NCBI GenBank assembly: GCA_951406725.2
Contig: OX597837.1
Span: forward strand, 37,572,001-37,636,000
Source: Octopus vulgaris
Lineage: Eukaryota
Direction of reading: 5' to 3'
DNA: 64,000 nucleotides
Shown here: one piece after another, positions 53,710 to 64,000 of the stretch
Layout: every line of letters begins with the position of its first letter
Position numbering within the stretch: position 1 is the stretch's first letter
Made by a program: the position numbers and the translations under genes
Notes under the pieces: generated by a model
The model's database searches: none
Told to the model about the DNA's origin: nothing
The model's input: only the letters and a program-made list of their open reading frames with translations

Positions 53710-53715
53710 AATAAA
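53710..53715 (+). terminator. Candidate polyadenylation signal of the CARHSP1 gene (second candidate at 54155-54160)
   Basis: First AATAAA I find downstream of the stop codon; usage is unverified. Confidence 0.35.
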
Positions 53716-54260
53716 GTACATATATATATATATATACACGCACGCCATGACCACCACTACACACATTGCGCATATATACATACCCTGATATGTTACCCAT
53801 GTATGTATGTATGTGTATGTATAGAAATATGCACAGACACAGACACACAGATACATAACCACCACCACACGCACATACGCATCTCTATAATCTCTCAGTA
53901 TTAAATCCGGCCTTGCCTATCTGCCCACGAAATTTGAACACCTTTCTTCCATTTGGTCCTTAAACTTCTAACTCCCTTGGCCCCACACACACACACCCTA
54001 AAAACTGCTGGTCCTCATTATAATTGATTTTTTTTTTTGATATTTTTTTTCCTAAAATGTTTTCTATCCAATTATACTTATACATATATACATACACACA
54101 CATATATATATATATCTATATATACTCGGTTTTTTTTTCCCCTTTTTTTATTTAAATAAATTTGCCTTAATTATTCTAAGGCAACATTTGCAAACAAACT
54201 GAATTCTTTCTGTGTATTTTTTCATTGTTTTTCCTTTGCTTTATTTTAAATTTATATTAA

Positions 54261-54480
54261 CCCTTTCGTTACCAACCCGGCTGAAACCGGCCCTAGCTCT
54301 GAATACAAATGTCTTGTTTTCATAAGTTTTGAATTAAAATCTTCCACCAAACCTTAGTCACAATTTATGTTCCTAACACTAGTTGAATGATAACTAAGTT
54401 ATTTTACTAAATTCTGTGTTATATTTAAAGTAACTGAAAGCAACACAGAGCATCTCAACAGAAATACAGTAATGAAAGGG
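54261..54480. mobile_element. piggyBac-type MITE, same family
   Basis: TTAA|CCCTTTCGTTAC ... GTAATGAAAGGG|TTAA. Confidence 0.9.
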
Positions 54481-55819
54481 TTAAAGGAAATCCAGAAATT
54501 TCCGTAATCGGATTGTTGTTGGTTGGATCTGGAGATCTCAAAATTCCCATATTAAGATTGTTGTTGTTGTTGTTGATAGTGTTTCGTTGATGTCTGCTGC
54601 CTGCTCTTTTATTCTTTTATTTGTTTGTCATTTGACTGCAGCCATGCTGGAGCACCGCTTTTAGTCGAGCAAATCGATCCCAGGACTTATTCTATCAGTC
54701 TCTTTTGCCAAACCGCTAAGTAATGGGGATGTATACAAACCAGCATCGGTTGTCAAACAATGTCGGGTGGTGGGGGGACAAACACAGACACACAAATATA
54801 TATACACACACACACTTATATATAGATGGGCTTCTTTCAGTTTCTGTCTACCAAATCCACTCACAAGGCTTTGGTCGGCCTGAGGCTATAGTAGAAGACA
54901 CTTGCCCAAGGAGCCACGCAGTGAGACTGAGCCTGGAGCCATTTGATTCGTAAGCAAGCTACTTACCACACAGCCACAGATATGTCATCATCATTTAAAC
55001 ATCTGTTGTCTATGCTCACATGGGTTGGACGGTTTAACCAGGGCTGGTAAGCTGAGGGGCTGCACCAAACTCCAGTCTGATTTGGCATGGTTTCTATAGC
55101 AAGATGCCCTTCCTAACACCAACTGCTTTACAGAGGGTAACGGGTGCTTTTAATGGGTACTAGGCTTCCAAAGAATAAGTCCTGGGGTCGATTTGCTTGA
55201 CTAAAGGCGATGCTCCAGCATGGCCACAGTCAAATGACTGAAACAAGTAAAAGAGAAAAGAGTAAGCTCTAAACTGTTAATATATGAACGCAAAAGAGAT
55301 AGTTGAATAACTGTAAACCTACTTTTGGGCCATCCTGTATGAAAATATCCAAGTTTATATAATTGTGTGTGGTTAGTAGCTTGCTTCCCAACCACATGGT
55401 TCCGGGTTCAGTCCCATTGCGTGGCACCTTGGGCAAGTGTCTTCTACTATAGCCTCAGGCCGACCAAAGCCTTGTGAGTGGATTTGGTAGACAGAAACTG
55501 AAAGAAGCCCGTCGTATACATGTATATATAGGAGTGGCTGTTCGGTAAGTAGCTTGCTTCCCAACCACATGGTTCCGGGTTCAGTCCCATTGTGTGGCAC
55601 CTTGGGCAAGTGTCTTCTACTATAGCCTCAGGCCGACCAAAGCCTTGTGAGTGGATTTGGTAGACAGAAACTGAAAGAAGCCCGTCGTATACATGTATAT
55701 ATATAAATATATATATATGTAGTTAATCCAAACAAGAAAACACAAAAAAACACAACAACGCGAGGACGTGGAACAAATAAAGTATTATTGGACGCTCAGG
55801 AAAGAAGGGAAGAAAGAGA

Positions 55820-55854
55820 GTTTAACGTTTCGAGCGGAGCTCTTCGTCGGAAAC
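55820..55854 (-). ncRNA. Minimal hammerhead motif in a Penelope-like repeat remnant (about 55720-55930)
   Basis: Reverse complement: gttt-CCGACGA-a-gagc(tcc)gctc-GAAA-cg-TT-aaac; palindromic ACGT stem III. Confidence 0.6.
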
Positions 55855-56921
55855 ATAGAAGGAAAGATCCCAAGAAGGGAAGACAGGGAGAAAAAATTGC
55901 CAGCGGTACTCACAAGGTCACATATTGAAATATATATATACACATATATATATATGTTTGTGTGCCTGTTTGTCCCCACCCCACCCCAGTATCGCTTGAC
56001 AATTGATGCTGGTGTCTTTACATCCCCGTAACTCAGCGGTTTGGCAATAGAGATATAGAATAAGTACTAGGCTTACTAAGAATAAGTCCTGCTCGACTAA
56101 AAGCCATGCTCCAGCATGGCCGCAGTCAAATGACTGAAACAAGTAAAAGAGAAAGAGAAGAATATATTAATGAAAGTCCACCATAGATTTTCATGTTTTA
56201 TTATTTACAATTTTTTTATTTTTTAATTTTACAAATATTGTAATGGATAGAATATTATAGATTTATTTAGATGTGTGTGTGTGTGTGTGTGTGTTATATA
56301 ATCATCAAGCAAGCGGGGAGACACAAAACTCCTTATAGATTTACTTAAAGTACAGGCAACATCTTATCAGGACCAACAGGGATCGTCTTACAACAATAAA
56401 TTATACAGAATAACAAAATGAAAAAGAAAAAAATCTGTAAAACAAAGAAACAGTATTAAAGCTAAACAATGACCTCATGCAGTCATTACTGATATGACTT
56501 CACTCGTTAGTAATAATTGTCAGTGATTAATGATCATGTTACCAACGGTTTTATTTGCTTCGTAAGATGGGTTGGGTGTTGGGGATGGATTTTAAAACTG
56601 AAATACACAGCATGTATAATGCATTCACTCATGTCAGTATGGGAAACGGATGTATGATGATGACGATGATGATGATGCTGTGTATATATATATATAATGT
56701 ATGTGTGTGTGTATATATATATATGTGTGTGTGTATATATATAATGTGTGTGTATATATATGTGCGTGTATGTACATATTGTATGTATATATGTGTGTGC
56801 ATATATATAATGTATATGTGTGTGTGTATTATGTATATATAAAATGTATGTGTGTGTGTATTATATATGTGTGTGTATGTGTATTATGTTTGTGTGTGTG
56901 TATATATGATGTATGTGTGTG

Positions 56922-56955
<34 letters not shown>

Positions 56956-57070
56956 ATGTGTATATAAGTGTGTGTATTATATATAATGTTTGTGTGTGTG
57001 TGTGTATATATGATGTGTGTATGTGTATATATATATATATAACATGTATATAAGTGTGTGTATTATATGT

Positions 57071-57105
<35 letters not shown>

Positions 57106-57330
57106 ACGTGTATATAAGTGTGTGTATTATATATAATGAGTGTGTGTGTATTATATATAATGTGTTTGTGTGTGTGTATATATGATGTGTATGTGTATAT
57201 AAGTGTGTGTATTATATATAATGTATGTGTGTGTGTATTATATATAATGTTTGTGTGTGTGTGTATATATGATGTGTGTATGTGTATATATATATATATA
57301 ACATGTATATAAGTGTGTGTATTATATGTT

Positions 57331-57373
<43 letters not shown>

Positions 57374-58162
57374 CGTGTATATAAGTGTGTGTATTATATA
57401 TAATGAGTGTGTGTGTATTATATATAATGTGTTTGTGTGTGTGTATATATGATGTGTATGTGTATATAAGTGTGTGTATTATATATAATGTATGTGTGTG
57501 TGTATGTATATATATATATATATATATTGAGAAAAAGGAAGCAGTCAGAATTTTTGATAATTCTTTATTATTGCTTTCGTTCATTTTTCAAACTCAAGAC
57601 AAAATCAAAATGATTTTTGCTTTGTTTAGAAGAGGAGAAAAATATTTTTGTTTTTTTTTTGGAAAAAGAAGGAAAGAGAGAAAGAAAAGCAAAGAGGGAG
57701 AAAAATAGAGAGAGGGGGGTCAGCACAATCAAGAAAGAGGAAGAAAAGTAAAGAGTGGGGAAATAAGAGAGAGGGAGGTATCATTTCAATTTGATGTGGT
57801 AAACCCATTGAAACTTCATTACTTCTTTTTTCTCTTCCTCCTCTTTCCCTTCTCATTGTATTCTTATCAACATATCTGTAAATAAACACATTTGAATAAA
57901 CACATCCTGAAAGATCATCTAGTCCTTGTGAAAAAAAAAAGCGTTTATTTGTAAATATGTTATTAGGTATACAAATGAGAGGAAGAGAAAAAAAATGCTT
58001 TGTAATGAAATTTCAATGGATTGATCACATCAAATTGGAAAGAAACCTTTCCTTTTCTCTCTCTCCTTTCCCCACCCTTTACTTTTCTTCCCCTTGATTG
58101 TCTTGAAAACCCTCTCACTGTCAATTCAGTGATGTCAACTTTGAGCAAAATCCGTTGAAATT

Positions 58163-58214
<52 letters not shown>

Positions 58215-59645
58215 TCATCATCATCATTTAGCATCCGCTTTCCATGCTAGCATGGGTTGGACGGTTCAACTGGGGTCTGTGAAGCCAGAAGGCTGCATCG
58301 GCCCAGTCTGATCTGGGGCAACACACACACACACACATATGTATACATATATAGCAGGCTTCTTCCAGTTTCCGTCTACCAAATCCATTCACAAGGCTTT
58401 GATCAGCCCAAGGCTATAGTAGAAGACACTTGCCCAAGATGCTACACAGTGGGACTGAACCCAGAACCATGTGGTTGGTAAGCAAGCTACTTACCACACA
58501 GCCACTCCTGCACCTATAATGATGATAATAATAATAATAATAATAATAATCCTTTCTATTGCAGGTATAAGGCCTGCAATTTTGGGGGTGAGGCCTTGTC
58601 TAATTACATTGACCCAGGTGTACAACTGGTATTTATTTTATTGATCTCGAAAGGGTGACGGGCAAAGTTGACCTTGGTGGAATTTGAACTCAGAACATTC
58701 CTTCAAATATGAGGGAAGGAGCTATTCGATTTCATTGATCCCCAGTACAAGACTGGTACTTATTTCACCAACCCCGAAAAGACGAAAGGCAAAGACAACT
58801 TTGGTGTAATTAGAACTCAGAATGTAAGATGATAATGATGACGATGAGGATGATACTACTACTACTACTACTACTACTACTAACAGCAATAATAATAATT
58901 GCTTTTGAAATAATCCCAATGATATTGTGTTGACTGGAAACAGGATTTATGAATGGAAATATTTGTTCTCCCCTTTCAAGAGACTTGTCCAACTCACACA
59001 CACACACACCATAAGTCTGCATAGTGTAAAACTAAACACTAAAAGAGCGTGTGTGTGTGTGTGTGTTTTTATTTGTAGCAGTTGGATGTATTTTTTACTG
59101 TGTTGCTTCCTGGTTCATACACCAATCCCACAGAGTTTGAAGTATTTGGTCAAATTGACAGCGAATGTGTGTGTGTGTGTGTGTGTGTGGTAGTGGTGGA
59201 GAGGTGAATTGTTTTTACTAACGTCAGAATTACATATGTAAAAGCAAACACACACACACACACACATATATATTAAAATATATTCAGCTATACATACATA
59301 TATATAGAGAAATATACATATATGTGTGTGTGTGAGTGTGTGTATATATATTTATATCTATATATGTATATATCTATCTATATATGTATATATATATATA
59401 TGTATGTGTATATATACATATATATATATATATGTATGTGTATATATACATATATACATATATATATACATACATACATATATATGTGTATACATACATA
59501 CATACATATAAATGTGTATATGTACATATATATATATATATAAATATATATATATAAATGGAGTTAAACGTGGGTATTATTCAAATTCCTTTACTTCTGA
59601 CATTTTTTCCATGTTATTTGTAAACACTGGAAAAAATACACATAC

Positions 59646-59689
<44 letters not shown>

Positions 59690-59763
59690 TAATAAAAAGT
59701 AACAACAAAAGAATAAGACCTCGATATCAGATAAACAAACGACTATTTATATATGTTATAATC

Positions 59764-59821
59764 TAGAACAAATGAGAATGCATAGCTCTTTGCATTGACA
59801 TTCGAAACTCTGAGTACTCTA
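59764..59821 (+). pseudogene. Degenerate hammerhead motif
   Basis: tagaa-CAAATGA-gaatg(...)cattc-GAAA-ctc(t)gag-TA-ctcta; core positions 4 and 5 are mutated, so probably inactive. Confidence 0.4.
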
Positions 59822-59851
59822 ATAACCTTTTACGGTTTGTGCTAAATTATA

Positions 59852-59882
<31 letters not shown>

Positions 59883-60180
59883 ACATCATGATTCAAGTGT
59901 AACTGCTACTTGACTAGTAAAGTACCAAGATTGAGTAAGTGGTATCGCTATCAAGTACAAACAACATTTGATGACAAATACGTAATTATGGAAGTAGACA
60001 TGGAGTATACTCAGGTTGTACGTACATTTACAAACAGACAAGTCCTTAAGGTCACACGTGGGTACAAACACTGCACCAGTTGTACTCTGCACTCAATAGA
60101 CTCCAAAATCCATGTGAATTGTAGGTTCCAAGTTGGGTGAATGATAAACAAATAAACAACAGATGGGTTTTGGTTCACTA

Positions 60181-60484
60181 CAGCTGTTTCGAACATGTTT
60201 TTTTTATTAATGAATAGAAGTGTTACATGATGCAGAAAAAAAAAAACTTTTCAATCAGATGAATACATGTAAGAAATAAACATTTGTGATATCTCTGTAA
60301 CAAGTAGAAAGTGATATTTTGAATCTACTGACCAGAATTCAGCCAGAGGATTTTGACTAGTTATTGAGATGTTCAAAATCTTTAATTCTTACATGTATTT
60401 ACCTGTTGAAACTGGATTTTTTGCATGAAGCAGCAGCACTTCTATTCATCAACAATATAAAAAAAAACACTTCCGAAACAGCTC
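60181..60484. mobile_element. Old palindromic MITE
   Basis: AGCTGTTTCG...CGAAACAGCT ends flanked by TA; internal inverted matches (ATGAATAGAAGTG/CACTTCTATTCAT, ATACATGTAAGAA/TTCTTACATGTAT). Confidence 0.7.
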
Positions 60485-61425
60485 TATGCGTATACACACA
60501 CACATACATATATATATAGATAGATACATACACTCATACATACATTACATTATATATATATATAATGTAATGTATACGTGTATGTATATGCATATGTTTT
60601 ATTTATTAATTTGTTATGTATATATATATATCATCACATCATCATCGTTTAACGTCCGCTTTCCATGCTAGCATGGATTGGACAGTTCAACAGAAGGCTG
60701 CACCAGGCCCAGTCTGGTCTGGCAGTGTTTCTACAGCTGGATGCCCTTCCTAACGCCAACCACTCCGTGAGTGTAGTGGGTGCTTTTTACATGCCACCGG
60801 CACAGGTGCCAGACGAGGCTGGCAAACAGCCACGATTGGATGGTGCTTTTTAAATGCCGCCGGCACAGAAACCAGTCAGGGCGGTGCTGGCTACGGCCAC
60901 ATTCGGATGGTTCTCTTACGTCCCACCGGCACTGGCATCACAGCTACAAATTCTACTGATGTTGACAGATTATGATTTTGATTTTGATTTTCACTTGCCT
61001 CAACAGGTCTTCACAAGTGGAGTTTTGTGTCCCAAGAAGGAAAGGAACGCATAAGTGGGCTGGTTACATCCCAGGTAGAGGCCACGGGATTATGGCCTCA
61101 CCTGTCCTGCTGGGTCTACACACACACACATTATTTTGTAAATTACTTGGCGACTCTGCTGGAGCAGGTGCCACATAAAAAGCACCCAGTACATTCAGTA
61201 AAGTAATTGGCGTTAGGAAGGGGACCCGACTGTAGAAACCATGTGAAAGTAGACAACAGAGCCCAGTGCAGTGCTCCAGGGTGCGAGCGGCTGTCAAACT
61301 GTCCAACCCATTGCAGCATAGGAAACGAATGCCAAATGATGATGATGATGATAATGGCGATGACACTAACCTATATATGTCCATATACATATATGTACAC
61401 ACATATATATTTATATATATATATA

Positions 61426-62000
61426 TGATGGAATCTTCCGTTGAAGACGACGTAAGAGTATTCAGTTTTTGTTGATTGACCTGCACAAATGATTGGCTTA
61501 TAACGATCAAATGTATGTGCTGTACATTGGCTTGTAGCAAACTCTAGTGAGCTTCCTCTCATATCAAGTACATACGAACGTAGCAGGTAACAGCTAGCCT
61601 TTGGCCGCTGTTTTGGACCCTGTTGTGTCTGCCACTCTGATTGGTTGATATTGGCGCAATTTGTCTCATGCTCTATTGAGTGCAAATATGCAACCTAACC
61701 AATCACAACCTGCAAATAAGTCATGTGAGACAGTCTATTCCAAACAAGCATCTGAGCCTACCTGACAGCTATAAAAGTTTACCTCTTCCTAGGCTCGACG
61801 CCAGTTGGTCCTAGACTTTCTAAGGTCTAACCACTGACTACCTCGCAGCGACCTCTATCTTCGTCGCCACAACTGATGTCTCCTCACCAACTTTGTCGAT
61901 GTCTACACGGCACCAACACACTGCTCTGGTTCCTACATCGCTGTTCGTGAGCTTCTCACCAGGGTTAACAGCTTACATACAACCCACGCAGACGCCTGTA
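61426..62000 (+). mobile_element. LTR-like or promoter-like segment
   Basis: Starts TG in a TA tract; several ATTGG/CCAAT boxes (CCAAT 61699-61703), TATAAAA at 61770-61776, then C-rich R-like sequence; no clear CA end or TSD. Confidence 0.4.
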
Positions 62001-63134
62001 GATATATATATAATTGTATATCAACCATCCATGCAGCTTATATATATATATAACGGCCACAGTCGAATGGTGCTTTTTACGTGCCACCGGCACAGAGGCC
62101 CGTCGGGGTGGCGCTGGCAACGGCCACGTTCGGATGGTTCGCTTACGTGCCACCGGCACTGGTATCACAGCTACAATTTCCATTGATGTTAGTCGATTTC
62201 GATTTCAATTCTGATTCTGATTCTCGCTTGCCTCAACAGGTCTTCACAAGTAGAGTACCATTGCTGAATATCTCTCGTTGTGAGATTTTAAAAAATGGTA
62301 ATTTTCTAACGAAGAGACGTGTCCTTGATAAACCATTTATTTTACAGAAATCTGAACATTGATGCTTAAGAGGAAAAGAGGGGAAAATATATTTGTCAGC
62401 AGGAAGGGTGACAGCTCAAGATACAAGATAACAAACACATTTGCTAAATTGCGACAGATTTCTATTTATTTATAAATCACAGTAAAAAAAACAACAGTTC
62501 TGTGAAAATAAACAGTGCAGGATGTCGCCATAGCAACGAATGTGTATCACACATGGTCATTTTACGCGCATAAATTAAGGAAACATTTTGAGATAAGTGG
62601 CTGATCTAAAAATAAAAAAGCATCATCCTGTAACATTGTCTCAAAATAAATTATTTCAGGGTTAATTTCTGAGTAAACACTGCCATTCTGGATTTCACCA
62701 CAGAATTTGTTTAAAAGTGGTTTCTTTCAATGGTCAGCTGACAAACTTAAAATAGCTTACAAGCGATACAGGAAGTGCGTGTGTGTGTGTGTGGGTGTAT
62801 GTGTGTGGGTGTATGTGTGTGTGTGTGTAAGGGAGAGAGAGAGAGAAAGAGAGAGAGAGAGATTTCCTACCTTTCTTACTCTGTATGCATATATATGTAT
62901 ACACACAAGTACACCCACTCACATTCACATATCTATGCATATACAAGTATATACATGTATACACACACACACAAATAAACAAGTCTATATGTGCATACAT
63001 ACATACACACATATATGTATATATTATATACATACATACAAATACACTTATAGTTAGAAATGTATGTATATATGTATATACATACATACATATATATATA
63101 TACACATATATATATAAATATTAATAATAATAAT

Positions 63135-63430
63135 GGAGGCGCAATGGCCTAGTGGTTAGGGCAGCGGACTCGCAGTCGCAGGATTGCGGTTTCGATTCCC
63201 AGACCAGGCGTTGTGAGTGTTTATTGAGCGAAAACACCTAAAAGCTCCACGAAGCTCGGGCAGGGGGTGGTGGTGATCCCTGCTGTACTCTTCCACCACT
63301 CTATCTTCTGTTGGCCTGCTCACTTAGCCAGCGGGGTGGCGTCATTCGAAGGCTAAAACAATGCGAACGCATTGTGACCAGCGATGTGTAACAACATCTG
63401 ACGGTCTGGTCGGTCACGTGATCACGTGAT
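63135..63430 (+). mobile_element. tRNA-derived SINE family D
   Basis: TGGCCTAGTGGTTAGG A box and GTTTCGATTCC B box. Related heads at 49535-49808(-), 49835-50080(-), 14230-14550(+) and about 21290-21590(+). Confidence 0.75.
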
Positions 63431-63717
63431 ATATAAATAATATATATGCATATATACATACGTATATGTATATACTTACATATATATGTATATACACATG
63501 CATATGTGGGTACAGGACATCACAGAATGTAAACAACAAAAAATACGAATACAAGGAATATGAACTCATTTTGCGAACAATGAAGTCCCGTAAAGGGAAT
63601 CACACTACCGCTATTTAGCCCTAGGAAGCATCGACGCTTCCTGTCGGCTTTCACACATTTCCCGTGTCCTTATATTTGCAAAGGGGAGGCAAACACCCCC
63701 ACCAGCTAGTATTAGCA

Positions 63718-63763
63718 CCTGAAGACCTGCATGTTTCTGAGCCTTGCTCGTCATCAGTGCAGG
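63718..63763 (-). ncRNA. Type I hammerhead ribozyme motif with canonical CUGAUGA core
   Basis: Reverse complement: cctgca-CTGATGA-c-gagc(aag)gctc-a-GAAA-catgcagg-TC-ttcagg. GUC cleavage triplet; stem I has one mismatch. Confidence 0.6.
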
Positions 63764-63903
63764 GTAGTAAGTCCTGCTAGCTGAGATGGCTGCAACCGCT
63801 TTGCAAATATATAATATTTTCAGTGAAATTTATTCACTGATCACCAAAATTAGAAATATTGAATTTCTAAATGTCTCAGAGAGACATGAGCGATGGTGGG
63901 GCG

Positions 63904-63964
63904 ATATAGTGGTTGTATACTGTCAACTCAACGTGACTGTCACGTTGAGTTGACAGCATACAAC

Positions 63965-63972
<8 letters not shown>
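63904..63972. repeat. 69-bp near-perfect palindrome
   Basis: Symmetric about T63938 with a single mismatch, A63919/C63957. Confidence 0.95.

Positions 63973-64000
<28 letters not shown>

Larger units (their letters stand above)
53472..53716. mobile_element. Penelope-like terminal-repeat remnant in inverted (fold-back) arrangement
   Basis: Inverted arms 53545-53625 and 53633-53716 around a T7 loop. Each arm carries a hammerhead motif followed by AATAAA. The element sits in TA microsatellite. Confidence 0.6.

Noticed and set aside
59886-60196. Short non-repetitive ORFs on both strands
   Set aside because: No recognisable domain or consistent splice structure.
63135-63210. tRNA gene
   Set aside because: A and B boxes are present, but there is no acceptor stem closure or T-run terminator, and it continues into a SINE body.

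Overview
AT-rich, microsatellite- and repeat-dense animal genomic DNA. The repeat families look like an octopus (coleoid cephalopod); this is inferred from the repeats and not verified. Only one protein-coding gene is supportable: a three-coding-exon CARHSP1/CSDC2-family cold-shock-domain gene on the + strand (CDS 50201-50331, 51199-51324, 52815-53043; 161 aa), whose non-coding first exon lies somewhere upstream. The rest is tRNA-derived SINEs, RTE and CR1 LINE 3' ends, non-autonomous Helitrons, hAT-, piggyBac- and other TIR MITEs, minisatellites and simple repeats; almost all ORFs in the supplied track are simple-repeat artefacts. The most notable hidden signal is a set of at least seven minimal type I hammerhead-ribozyme motifs in Penelope-like terminal-repeat remnants. 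One lies on the sense strand in the likely 3' UTR of the CARHSP1 gene, base-paired to its own antisense copy in an ~80-bp hairpin. Two others show a U3-A8 covariation of the catalytic core. The gene's C-terminal extension and stop codon also appear to be derived from a SINE tail.
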